Source: Octopus vulgaris (Eukaryota). From it: DNA of 64,000 bases. The position numbers and the translations under genes are program-made. Every line of letters starts with the position of its first letter. Positions within the stretch are counted from its first letter, which is position 1. The stretch covers positions 7,068,001-7,132,000 of the forward strand of contig OX597839.1 of assembly GCA_951406725.2 (NCBI GenBank), read 5' to 3'. Shown here in pieces: positions 14,734 through 28,250 of the stretch. The notes under the pieces are model-generated. The model did no database searches and was not told where the DNA came from. It worked only from the letters and a program-made list of their open reading frames with translations.

Positions 14734-14990
14734 AATAGTAGTAGTAGTAGTAGTGGTAGTAGTTGTAGTAGTTGTAGTAGTAGTCACAGCAGCAGCAGCA
14801 GTAGTAGTAGTAGTAGTGGTGGTAGTGGTGGTAGTGGTGGTGGTGGTGGGGTGAAAGATGCAATAGCCTTCATCTCAATGACCTTTCAATGAGTTGTTTT
14901 ATGACGAGGACGATGACGACGACGATGACGATGATGATGATGACGATGACGATGACGATGATGATGACGCGGAGGTGGACGACGACAATG
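12912..14990. repeat. (TATC)n, (CT)n, (TA)n, (CTTT)n, (GAA)n(GTA)n and (GAT/GAC)n tracts
   Basis: Direct reading; a short unique island lies at about 13440-13700. Confidence 0.9.
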
Positions 14991-15394
14991 ATGTTGACGA
15001 AAGGCAATTAATTGCCCAGCTGAGTTATTCTTATATAATTAACATGATAAAGCTCCGAACCAGTCAATTCCTTTCAAGTGTGACATCTTCCTGTCTTACT
15101 CGATTCAACGAAAATTATCAAATAATTCATGTATTGAAATATTTATTATAATACCCCAGCCCCCCACTCTCCATCACTCGTCTTTTAATATCTACATACC
15201 TACATATACGAGTGTATAAATATATACACACACATATATATATATACATACAACTACGTACATTTTCTTCCGAGTTAACAAGTTCACAGAAACATAATCA
15301 AACCCTTTAGATTAAAGAACTTAAATCGTAAAATCTGAAATGCAATACGTTTTACGCATAATAATCAGCGATTGTTTATGGGCAATATCCTATC

Positions 15395-16050
15395 CTTTAT
15401 CTATCATTTGCTTCAGTCATTAGACTGCGGCCATGCTGGAGCACCGACTTGATGACTATTTAGTCGAATAAGGGGATCTTTTCGGTTTGAACGGCAGTTT
15501 ATTTTTAGCGGTGTCATATGAAATTGTCACCCATAATTATGACCCTAGAATCGATCTATTGCATTTCAATCTGTTTTAGGGTTAGGGTTAGGGTTAGGGG
15601 TGGGGGAAGGGTATATTTTGTTCTTTCACAAATGTAAATAAACCCAATCTGTTCTTAAACGAGGGACATATTCATACGGCACAGAATGTTTTTAGCTCAA
15701 TGGACGTCAGTGATTGGCTGAAATTGCAGAAATTGAAGGAAAAAAACAACAAATATTTTACAAACTATAGAATTTTCTCAATAAAGCCAAGAGAAAAAGA
15801 TGTTTTATAAACACATTCTACCAGTATACGAAGTTTAAAATTTTTTTGTTACCTAGAAATTATGTTAAAATCTCCCGTTCAAACCGAAAAGATCCGAATA
15901 AATCGACACCAGTTGTTATTTATTTATTCATTACTTTTTTTAAAGGCTGGTGCTTATTCTATTAGTCTCTTTTGCTGAACTGCCATATTGCAGGGATGTA
16001 AATATACCGATAGCGGTTGTCAAGCGATTGGTAGATGATAAACGCAGACA
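15395..16050 (-). mobile_element. Diverged SINE family A 3' half, split by a TIR element
   Basis: CAGTCATTAGACTGCGGCCATGCTGGAGCACC lies before the insert and CTTATTCTATTAGTCTCTTTTGCTGAAC..GGTTGTCAAGCG after it. Confidence 0.75.
15472..15895. mobile_element. MITE with 21-bp TIRs and internal (TTAGGG)4
   Basis: GGATCTTTTCGGTTTGAACGG ... CCGTTCAAACCGAAAAGATCC; direct repeat GAATAA at 15466-15471 and 15896-15901; TTAGGG four times at 15576-15599. Confidence 0.88.
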
Positions 16051-16414
16051 CAAAGACACACACGCGCGAGCATACATACACTTACACACACAAACGCACA
16101 CACACACCTACACGCACACTCACTCACACATACACACATATATATAATGAATGTATATATGTATGTGTATATGCATACATGCTTTATGCATATAATATAT
16201 ATCAGTATGTTTGTGTATGTGTGTGTATCTCTCTCTCTCTCTCTCTCTGTATATATATATATATATATGTGTTTGTGTGTGTGTGTGTGTGTACGCACAC
16301 ACGTACTCTCTTATACACTCACGCACCTTCGTCATGGGATCATCTTTACTTTGTTATCTCCCCTACTTCTTCGCTCTCCTGTTGACCCTTCTGTCCGGCA
16401 GTCGCCATGATAGA

Positions 16415-16565
16415 TCGGTAGTCACCATACACATTTTGTTCTCTCCTTGTTTTTTTCTCTGTGTCCCTTTCTGTAGAAGAGCGTAGGCTCGAAACGTAAA
16501 AGACGTTTTCTATTCCTGAGCGTTATACTAATACATCTGTTCTTTTGCTTTTTTCATGAACTTTC
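16415..16565 (+). mobile_element. Short repeat carrying the hammerhead-like motif, ending in (TA)n
   Basis: The reverse complement of 12745-12900 shares GAAGAGCGTAGGCTCGAAACGT and CCTGA(G/A)CGTTATACTAATACATCTGTT. Confidence 0.65.
16467..16502 (+). ncRNA. Minimal hammerhead-ribozyme-like motif (variant core)
   Basis: CTTT-CTGTAGAA-GAGC(GTAG)GCTC-GAAA-CGTA-AAAG gives stem I CTTT/AAAG, stem II GAGC/GCTC and a palindromic ACGT stem III; the core deviates from CUGANGA. A second copy is at 12822-12865(-). Confidence 0.45.
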
Positions 16566-16600
16566 CTATATATATATATATATGTATATATGTATATATG

Positions 16601-16634
<34 letters not shown>

Positions 16635-17640
16635 ATATATATACACATATACACATACATATACACATATACACATATACATATATACACATATATATAC
16701 ACAAACACATACACATATGTGTGTGCGTGTGTGCGTGTGCGCGTGTCTCTGTGTGTTCTCCTTTACTGCTTCGCAACCGGTATTGGTATGTTTACGTCCC
16801 CGCAATGTTAGCAGTCAAGCAAAACAGACAGATAGAATAGGTACTAAGCTTTAAAAATATATCTAGTGAGGTTGATTCATTCGACAAAAAATTCTTCAAG
16901 GCGTTGCCTCGGCATGGCCGCAGTCTTAATGACAGATGAAAATATCAATATATATATAATAAATTATGTATTTGTTGGCATATAAGACGCAATCTCGCAT
17001 AAAACGTGCCGCCATTTTACAAGTATATTTTGTGGAAAAAATCAAATTTATTATGTTTCATCATACACGTACCGGAAGATATTTCAAACTGGTTTTGTAA
17101 GGAAAAATGTACGATTCTGTCCAAGTAAATATGATTTTATGAATGTATACTGGAATAAAGTACAAAACCATAAATTTAACATAAATAAAATACGTTATAC
17201 CTGTTCGGTATTTCAACTTTATATTCTTTTATATTGTGCTTTATATTTTGCTCAGGAGAATCGCCGTGCAGGATGTAAAACTTGTATTTCTGGCTAATAA
17301 TATTTTTTATGTAACCGCTATGGTTTTGTTGTCATCCACACGTTTCTATTAGCTGACAGGCGGATGAAAATTTAACATTCTTTTCATCTTTCCAAGAGAC
17401 TTTTCATTTAGATAATTTTAAAATATTTCTTAAAAGCAACAGAGTTATTCACCAATTTAAGACAAACAAGTTGTGTGTAAAGTCTGCTGGGGATGGAAGT
17501 AGAATGAGTCGACCAACATAACTGCCAACACCACCACCATCAACGCAACCACCACCATCACCATAGGCAAATTTTTTGCAAGGTTCTGCTAACGGTCAGT
17601 AATAATCTGGCTTGTTTCCAATATTCAAAAAAATAATATA

Positions 17641-18300
17641 GGAGGCGAGCAGGCAGAATGGTTAGCACGCCGTGAAAAATGCTTAGTAGAATTTCGTCCG
17701 TCTTTACGTTCTGAGATCAATTTCTGCCAAGGTCGATTTTGTTTTCGTCCATTCGGGATCAATAAAGTCAGTACCTATTTCTTTACTACCCACAAGGGGC
17801 TAAACAAAGAGAGGACAAACAAGGACGGACAAACGGATTAAGTCGATCATATCGACCCCAGTGCGTAACTGGTACTTATTTAATCCACCCCGAAAGGATG
17901 AAAGGCAAAGTCGACCTCGGCGGAATTTGAACTCAGAACGTAGCGACAGATGAAATACTGATGAGCATTTCGCCCGACGTGCTAACGATTCTGCCAGATC
18001 GCCGCCTGAGCTCTGTGGTCGTTGTAATCGACTGTTCCTCCTCCATGAAATTACTGGCCTTATGCCAAAATTTGAAACTATTATTATTAAGGCGGTGGGC
18101 TGGTAGAATCGTTACTACGCCAGTCAAAATGCTTAGTGACACTTCATCCGCGTGTACTTACTGACTTCAAATTCCGCCGAACTTTGCCTTCCGTGCTTAC
18201 GGGTCCGATAACATAAGTATCAATTGAACACTGGGATCGATGTAATTGATTTAACTCCCTCGTCGACATTGCTGGCGTTTTGCTAAAACTTAAAACCAAT
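17641..18300. mobile_element. Cluster of family B SINEs in both orientations
   Basis: Plus partial copy 17641-17775, minus full copy 17773-18006, older-tail plus copy 18089-18300. Other family B fragments: 7430-7640(-), 21305-21500(-), 33105-33275(+), 40706-40855(+), 50160-50270(-). Confidence 0.8.
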
Positions 18301-18424
18301 ATTCTATAAGTAAAAACTAATAGACCAGGCTGACTTATGCTTTTCCTGTTTCCAAGCCTAGAACATAAGATTAAGAGGCTGGAAAGGCATACGTATTGGA
18401 TTGATGTAATCGACTTAAGTAACA

Positions 18425-18790
18425 AGAGTGGCTATATCGCAAGAAGTTTGCTTTTCAATCACATGATTCCGGGTTCACTTGCCCAAGATGCCACTGCGTG
18501 AGATCTTGTGCAAGTGCCGGGCAGACCAAAGCCTTGCGAGTGGATTTGGTACCAACACACAGACACACATACACGCGCGAGCGTATATGTGTGTCATTCA
18601 GTCTGTGTTTGTCCACCACAACTGCTTGACAACCGGTGTTGGTGTGTTTACATCCCCGTAACTTAGCAGTTTGGCTAAAGAGAACTATAAAATAAGTACG
18701 ATATTTTCGACAAAAATTCTTCAATGTGGTGCCCCAGCATGGCCGCAGTCCAATGACAAAAAGAGTTAAAAGATAAACAATAAAAGATGA
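18425..18790 (+). mobile_element. Diverged SINE family A
   Basis: Head remnant, AAAGCCTTGCGAGTGGATTTGGT and tail CCAGCATGGCCGCAGTC. Other partial family A copies: 1-56, 1275-1385, 6990-7150, 13205-13300, 16745-16945, 22090-22320, 39068-39160. Confidence 0.75.
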
Positions 18791-18848
18791 AAGTCTTACT
18801 TTTGATTGTATTTTACGAATGAGGCCTCGTACGTATATTAGACTTAAG

Positions 18849-18935
18849 TACAGTTATCCCTCAACAATCGCGGGTGTTACGTTTCAAAAATCCCCGCGAT
18901 ACGTGAAAATCCGCGAAGTACAAAGAGTACCGTTC
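18849..18935 (+). mobile_element. Single end of a pogo/Tigger-like (Tc1/mariner) element
   Basis: TA-CAGTTATCCCTC..ATCGCGG..CCCCGCGAT..AAATCCGCGAAGT resembles Tigger-type termini; no partner end seen. Confidence 0.45.
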
Positions 18936-18991
18936 TGAATTTTATTATATTTGTAATTTTGACATATATATATATATATATATATACATAT

Positions 18992-19234
18992 ATTATAATT
19001 AAGGGTTAATTGCAACAAGTTGCTCAAAACCACATACCGAAAATATTAGAAATAGCAGTCAAATTAATCACTATTTCCTCTACTAATAAAAAGTCTCCAC
19101 AAACAAACAGAATTTGTAACCTGTATATGGAGACATTTATTAGTAGAGGAAATAGTGATCAATTTGACTGCTATTTCTAATATTTTCGGTATTTGGTTTT
19201 GAGCAACTTGTTGCAATTAACCCTTAATTATAAT
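18992..19234. repeat. Near-perfect palindrome (arms of about 107 bp, 28-bp spacer)
   Basis: 18992-19099 pairs with 19128-19234 with few mismatches; it lies between (TA)n tracts. Confidence 0.92.
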
Positions 19235-19334
19235 TATTATAACCCTTACCAAATATGGTCTTTTCCATACCGATAAATCTACTAGGTGAAATTGATTAAT
19301 TTTATTAAATTAATTATATTCCATCCTTTTTTGC

Positions 19335-19436
<102 letters not shown>

Positions 19437-19698
19437 TTCGTTTTCATTTCCATTTGTCACCCGGCTGATGAAAGCTCAGCATTTGTTGATATGCCCTTGG
19501 ATTTTTATTCTTGTTTTTCATTCCCCTATTCCACTATTCCTTTTTGCGTTTGTTATATTTGGATATATGCATTTACTTCACTTTACAACACTATAAGTCA
19601 GCGTAACTTCATATTGATCTATATTACTCTACGCTTTCAGCTTATTGAGTTCTTTGGTGTATATTCACGTTGTAATTTTTAGATATTGATTACATTTG

Positions 19699-19734
<36 letters not shown>

Positions 19735-19889
19735 TATATACATCCACACACACACATACACACACACACACACACACACATATACTGAGACAGAGAAAGA
19801 GAAGAAACCATTTATTGATTTTCATTTGTTTTTCGTCTTCATAAAACTTTCTCTTCCTCCCACTCCTTTTCGTTTCTGCTGTTGGTGCT

Positions 19890-21095
<1,206 letters not shown>

Positions 21096-21689
21096 TGCGT
21101 ACACAAGAGAACCTCTAGGGCAGGGCTTCACAACTGTGGGCCATATAAGATTTTATTGTTAAAATTTATCTGCAATAAATTGGTTAATCTTCTACGATAC
21201 ACCAAATATTTTAACATCATTCTAATAAATAATAATATCTAATTATAAAAAATAATAACAATTTTTAAACATCAAAAGGCTATGGATGAATCTTTGAATT
21301 TAATATTGGCACAAATTTCGTCACAAGGCCAGCAATTTCGTGGGAGGGGCTAAGTCGATTACAACGACACCAGTGCTAATTTTATCGAGCCCAGAAAGGA
21401 TAAAATGGAAAAATTCGACCTTGGTTTAACTCGAACTCAGGACGCTTGAAATACAGCTCAATATTTTGACTGGTATGCTAACGATTCGGCCGGCTCGTCT
21501 TTGCATAAAGTCAATGTACATCTTTAAGATTAAAAATACGACGATAATTAGATCTACACGGATCCTTTCTAAATACTGATCAAATGTCACAGCTTATCCT
21601 TTTGTTATAATCTTCTTCCTTGTAATACCCGTTATATTTGGAGGATTTTGCGACTAATTAGTACCTTTAATATTCTTTCCTATAAGGCC

Positions 21690-22085
21690 AATGGTACTTA
21701 ATTTATCAACCCCGAAAGGATGAAAAACCAAGTCGACCTCGGCGGAATTTGAACTCAGAACGTATCGGCAGACGAAATAACTATTTCTTTACTACTCGCA
21801 AGGGGCTAAACACAGAGGGGACCCAACAAGGACAGACAAACGGATTAAGTCGATTATATCGACCCCAGTGCGCAACTGGTACTTATTTAATCAACCCCGA
21901 AAGGATGAAAGGCCAAGTCGATCTCGGCGGAATTTGAACTCAGAACTTAGCGGCAGACGAAATAACTATTTCTTTACTACCCACAAGGGGCTAAACACAG
22001 AGGGGACCCAACAAGGACAGACAAACGGATTAATTCGATTACATCGACCCCAGTGCGTAACTGGTACTTATTTAATCGACCCGGA
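21690..22085 (-). repeat. Partial family B tandem array (about 2.2 units, no head)
   Basis: Same body-to-body junction (GCAGACGAAATAAC|TATTTCTTTACTAC) seen twice. Confidence 0.85.
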
Positions 22086-23128
22086 AAGCGTGTGTATCTT
22101 TGTGTCTTCGGTAGACGAAAACTGAAAGATGCCCCTTGAATATATGTGTGTGTATGTGTGTGTATGTGTGTGTGTGTTTGTGAGTCTTTGTGCCTGTTTG
22201 TCCTTCATCATCCCTTGACAACCTGTGTTGGTGTAGTTGCATCCCCATAAATCAGCGGTTCGTCAAAAGGGTCCGAGAGAATAAGTGCCGGGCCTAAAAA
22301 ATAAGAAAATAAGCACTAAACTCGATTCGTTCACCACGACTATCACCATCATCAACGCAACCACCACCATCAGCTCCACCATTACCATCACCACCAATAC
22401 CACCATCACCACCACCCTGTATAATAACCCACCGGCTCCATAACAACAGGGGTTCCGCCACCATCATAAACTTCACTACATGTTCACCACTACCACCAGA
22501 ACCACTACCTCCACCAACAACATCACTACTTCGAAACCACCACTATAACCATCACATCACCACCATCATTGCTTCCTCCTCCATTGCCACTGCCAAGATT
22601 TTCATGAATTCACCACCACGCCCATCACCACCTCCGTCGCCGCCACCTGCATCAGTACTGCCACCATTAGCACCACCACAACGTACACCACAACCTCCAC
22701 CGCCTTTTTTACGTCTGCTTATTAACCCCACCATCACCACCCCTACCACCTTCTCCACCGCCGCCGCCATACCTTCAGTATGACTATCAATATACTCACC
22801 ATGGCAACATCAACAGCCACACTAATCGATATTATTGACGGCTTATTGATAGAAGAGCATGGCTTTACAGGTAACTCTGTGTAGGATGACAAACCTGAAA
22901 GACAATTAAATATTCATGAATAGGGAAGGTGTAGACGACCAGAGTTACCTGAGAGAAATAGCAGCCAAATCTTACTCAAATCAAAACCTGCCTTCTTAAC
23001 ACAAACGAGAGGATACTTTAGTCGATATAGTCTTTGAAGTACTATGCCTAGAAAAAATTACGATTATCTCCTTCCTCTCTCAATTTCTTTATATATACAT
23101 ATAAGAGAACAAAGTGTACGTACGCCGC

Positions 23129-23160
<32 letters not shown>

Positions 23161-23164
<4 letters not shown>

Positions 23165-23410
23165 ACAAAATGGGACAAGAACGCAAAGCATCCAGATAGA
23201 CGATACAAAAAACACGGACGGGTCATTCGAAGCCTTTAATCTTCAGTCTAGAACCAGATCATCCTTGCAATTTCGGCTAATTAATCTTGAGATTGCTCCA
23301 ATCTGGCCAGCCCCAAGGAAAAATTAAGCTAAGAGCATTAGATTCCTTAGAAAAAGGATCGAATGTATAAAAACAAGGACGGAAAAACGGACGATGTTAC
23401 ACGAATATAA
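23161..23410. mobile_element. Microsatellite-associated dispersed repeat (probable Penelope-type terminal repeat)
   Basis: Homologous to 56520-56640 (same orientation, cut off by (TA)n) and to 53690-53880 (opposite orientation, abutting (TA)n). Confidence 0.65.
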
Positions 23411-23594
23411 ATACAAAATGATGCGAAAAAACAATAATAATAGTAACAACAGGCGTCTTTCGACTGGAGACAAATTGAATTCAGCTGGCGTGTTGGGAAT
23501 TAATTACCAGCTGAATTTAGTTAAGGGAATTAATTACCTTAAGATAATAGGTATATATATATTAACATATAGTTTATATTCATATAAAAGAAGA

Positions 23595-23936
23595 AAAAGA
23601 AAAATGGACATTGGGAAGTTAATAATTGTTTATTATTAACAACAAATTAATCATCATCCCAAGTAAATATTAAATTTATACGACCTGAATATAATATCTT
23701 CGTAGGGAAAAAATATGCCCTTGGATGTTTTATAAGTGTTTATGGATTCATAATCAATCCATAAACACATATAAAACATCGGATATTTTTCCCTTCCAAG
23801 ATATTATGCTCAGGTCATATAAATTTAATAATTATTTGATATTTATTGAGCATTCATTGAAACAGCTGTAAGGACTGATGAATAATTCGTTGTTAATAAT
23901 AAGCAATTATTACCTTCCCAAAATCCATTTTCTTTT
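23595..23936. repeat. Imperfect palindrome (arms of about 150 bp, 7-nt loop)
   Basis: Centre GATGTTTTATAAGTGTTTATGGATT-CATAATC-AATCCATAAACACATATAAAACATC; the outer arms also pair; the right arm has an insertion of about 45 bp. Confidence 0.85.
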
Positions 23937-24102
23937 ACTTATTATTATGAACACAGATGACCCGACCACCTTCAAGAAGATCGAGAACCCCGAGTCGCGA
24001 TATTAGCTACGAAGTCTATTAGCATAGTATGTCATCTTATTTCCTGTGATAACTTTTCATTATATTTTCTCTGCACAAAGAGAATAACAAAGCGTATTTA
24101 CT

Positions 24103-24518
24103 CTTTTACTCTCTTTTTTTTACTCTTTTACTTGTTTCAGTCATTTGACTGCGGCCATGCTGGAGCACCGCCTTTAATCGAGCAACTCGACCCCAGGACT
24201 TATTCTTTTGTAAGCCCAGTACTTATTCTATCGGTCCCTTTTTGCCGAACCGCTAAGTAACGGGGACATAAACACACCAGCATCGGTTGTCAAGCAATGC
24301 TAGGGGGACAAACACAGACACACAAACACACACACGCATACATATATATACATATATACGACGGGCTTCTTTCAGTTTCCGTCTACCAAATCCACTCACA
24401 AGGCTTTGGTCGGCCCGAGGCTATAGTAGAAGACACTTGCCCAAGGTGCCGCGCAGTGGGACTGAACCCAGAACCATTGTGGTTAGCAAGCTACTTACCA
24501 CACAGCCACTCCTGCACC
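24103..24518 (-). mobile_element. SINE family A, full length
   Basis: Reverse complement of the 12050 copy; TSD TATTTACT at 24095-24102 and 24519-24526. Confidence 0.9.
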
Positions 24519-24614
24519 TATTTACTTATGTTTAAAGTTTAACAGCTAGAACTTTACAGAATGAGAAGCATAGTTTAACACGATGCTTCTCATTCTGGCA
24601 AATGCCATAATACA

Positions 24615-25050
24615 GATAAGTTAGTTCTCTCCATGAGGCACATAAGACTGCAACACGAACTCCCTAACTAGCTTTGTTTTCTGCCGCTGTTTTGGTCTCA
24701 TTCCAGCATCTCTACATTTCATGTGATTCCTTGTGGTTTTAGGGTACTCTTCTGCTCTTTTTCCCTCAACCTGCCAGTTTAGTGCCACCATATAACCAAT
24801 CACCTTCTTAATCTTTCCTGAGGACGTATCCGATCCACTTCCAGCGCATGCGTATTATTTCGTCACTGAACCTGTTGACGTCCGACGTTATTTCCATTGC
24901 CATTTCAGACACTTTGCAGCCGCTTGATGTCGTGTATTCTCCTTAAGCATGGGAATTGGAAACTGTCCATATTTTACTCTATCCAATTTCTGCCACTTTC
25001 CAGTCTTCACATCCGTAGAGTAATACAGGTCGGACCGATGTATTGAAAGA
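24615..25050 (-). mobile_element. Degenerate RTE-clade LINE 3' fragment
   Basis: Minus-strand translation FNTSVRPVLLYGCEDW..FQFPCLRRI..RMRWKWIGYVLRK..ALNWQVEGKR matches the RTE C-terminal region. Confidence 0.75.
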
Positions 25051-25130
25051 ATACAATAAAAATATCAAGCACAGCGGAACAAAATTTATTGAGGATGTTA
25101 ATGATGACTTGAAGTGAATATGGATCATAT

Positions 25131-25432
25131 GTGGAGGCCCATGTTCTAGTGGTTAGAGCAGCGGACTCGTGGTCGAGGGATCGCGCGTTCGAATCTCAGA
25201 CCGGGCGATGTGTGTGTTTATGAGCGAAACATCTAAGTTCCACGCGGCTCCGGCAGAAGGTAATGACGAACCTCTGCTGACTCTCTCGCCACAACTTTCC
25301 CTCACTCTTTCCTCCTGCATCTTGCAGCTCTCCTGCGACGGACCGGCATCCCATCCAGGTGGGGAGCCTATACGCCAAGAAACCGGGGAACCGGCCCTTA
25401 TGAGCCAGGCATGGCTCGAGAAGGAACAGACA
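25131..25432 (+). mobile_element. SINE with family C-like head and a different 3' module (V-domain-like)
   Basis: tRNA-like head, then CCTGCGACGGACCGGCATCCCATCCAGG; 15-bp TSD AATATGGATCATATG at 25117-25131 and 25433-25447. Confidence 0.85.
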
Positions 25433-26584
25433 AATATGGATCATATGCAACCGGACTAATAACAAATTCAGAAAACCGAAGCTTGGTGGATGAAATGTTA
25501 TGATACCATAGTAAGCAAACTTCACGAATAAACAATAGCAATCTAGAGAAACCGGTGTAATAACGAAATCAACTAATGTAGACTGCAAGATATTATTCAA
25601 ACAAAATGTTTAACAGTCAACCAGTAACAATTTTAGCCATACACACCATAACGTTTAAATATTAGTAAGGGACAGAAAGAAGGGTCAGTCACATTATTGA
25701 TTGGTGTGGTACGAAACTTGATTCACAAGAAGAGGAATACGGAATAGAAATACTCAGTATCATGTATTGAGTAGCCTTTCCAACAATTATCTCTGTGTGT
25801 AAATACACACACACATACATACGTATTTTTGTATGCATGTATGTATGTATGTATGTATGTATGTATGTGCGTGTTTTTACATGTATGTCTGAATGTATGT
25901 GTATATATGTATATGTACAAATATATATATATATATGTATATATATACACACACACACACATACATATATATGCATATATTGATACAGAGAGGCAGTAAC
26001 CGAGAGAGATGAGAGAGAAACAGAGAAAGATAGGTGTGTGTCTAGGTCCGTCTGTGTATGCGTGCGTGCGTATATGTGTGTATATACGTGTACCTGTGCG
26101 TGTGTGTGTGTGTATGCCCGCGCGCGCCTGTGTTCTCATGATTGTAGCGTTTTCATGATTGCAAGACGTTTGATAGATATATATAAGAAAATAGATACGT
26201 AAGCTCAGACTTATGGATTGATATATTAGAGATCAATATAGAAATTTATATCGTATATGTGTGATCAGTAAAGAGGGAGTGTATATGTAATTATATATAT
26301 ATGTATATATATATATATATATGGGTGTATTTAACAGAGTCTTAAGTGTTCAGGTATTTACCGAACAAGGGATTAGGTCGTTTGTATTTATCCCAATCAG
26401 CTTAAAACGGGAAGATATCCAGTCACGAGATAATCTTTCTATTATAGTTTAGCGCAAGATTGTAAATAAATAGAATAGGAGAGTGGGGCGAGGAGGAAGG
26501 AGTGGAGGAGAAGAGAAGATGAGAGAAACGGGAAAATTTATCAGCGACAATGATGGAGATGGTTACAATTTACGGGAGATAATA

Positions 26585-26728
26585 ACTATATATATATATA
26601 TATGTGTGTGTGTATGCGTGTGTGTGTGTGTGTGTATGTGCGTGTGTTTCTGTTTGTGTGTGTATATATGTACATACACTCATGCACATATATCTATCTA
26701 TCTAGCTATATATATATATATATATATC

Positions 26729-26760
<32 letters not shown>

Positions 26761-26842
26761 TACGTGTGTGTATGTGCGTGTGTGTGTGTTTGTGTGTGTA
26801 TATATGTACATACACTCATGCACATATATCTATCTATCTAGC

Positions 26843-26873
<31 letters not shown>

Positions 26874-26924
26874 ACGTGTGTGTGTGTGTGTCTGTTTGTG
26901 TATGTACATACACTCATGCACATA

Positions 26925-26975
<51 letters not shown>

Positions 26976-27302
26976 ATATATATATCTATCTATCTATCTA
27001 TATCTATATATATACGTGTGTGTGTGTACGTATGTACCTATATATTTATATGTATGTGCTCTATGTATTTGTGCGTGAGCGTGTGTGTGCACAACTCTGT
27101 TCACATTGGAAGGTGTGTGTGTGTGTGTGTGTGTATTTGTCTTTCTATATAGGGGTAAAAATGTGTGCGTGTTCATGCGTTTGTATGCGTGTTGTATGCA
27201 ATTATTGGCATATTGGCATATCTGTACACGAACGGGGCTATCTGTCAATCCATTCTTATTCATATCCAATACATGCAGACGTATACGAATATACATACCT
27301 AC

Positions 27303-27347
<45 letters not shown>

Positions 27348-27563
27348 TGTGTGTGTGTATGTATCTATGTATGTATATATATATGTGTGTGTGTGTGTGC
27401 GTGTTTGTGTGTGTGTATGTATCTATGTATATATATATGTGTGTGTGTGTGTGTGTATGTGTGTGTGTATGTATGTGTGTGTGTGTATGTATATGTATAT
27501 ATATATGTATATGTATATATATATGTATGTATATATATATATATATGTATATATGTATATATG

Positions 27564-27635
<72 letters not shown>

Positions 27636-28066
27636 AATATATGTATGAATGTACGAGTGTATGTATTTATATAAGTATATGTTTGCGTGTGTGTGTGTGT
27701 GTGATCTTGATCCAGTGTATCACTTCGAATTAACTTATATGCATGCAAATTGGCAAATGTAGAACGATGCACACGATAGCAATGCGCAAACGTACATACG
27801 CAACCGCATACATACGCACATACTCAGAGACAAATATATACACACACACACACGTATGTATGTATGTATGAATGTATGTATATATGTATGTATGTATGTA
27901 CGTACGTACGTACGTATGTATGTATGTATGCATGTATGTATATATGTATGTACGTACGTACGTATGTATGTATGTATGTATATATGTCTGTATGTATGTA
28001 TGTATGTATGTATGTATATATGTATGTATGTACGTACGTACGTATGTATATATGTATGTATGTATG

Positions 28067-28100
<34 letters not shown>

Positions 28101-28181
28101 TGTATATATGTATGTATGCATGTATGTATGCATGTATGTATGTATGTATGCATGCATGTATGTATGTATTATGTATATATG

Positions 28182-28243
<62 letters not shown>

Positions 28244-28250
28244 TGTATGT
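26585..28250. repeat. (TG)n/(TA)n/(TATC)n/(TATG)n compound block
   Basis: Direct reading; a higher-order unit containing GTACATACACTCATGCACATATATCTATCTATCT occurs three times. Confidence 0.95.

Noticed and set aside
15576-15599. TTAGGG repeats as a chromosome end or fusion scar
   Set aside because: Only four units, and they lie inside a TIR-bounded element.
21121-21150. hAT-like end CAGGGCTTCACAACT (also near 7206)
   Set aside because: No matching opposite TIR or TSD found.
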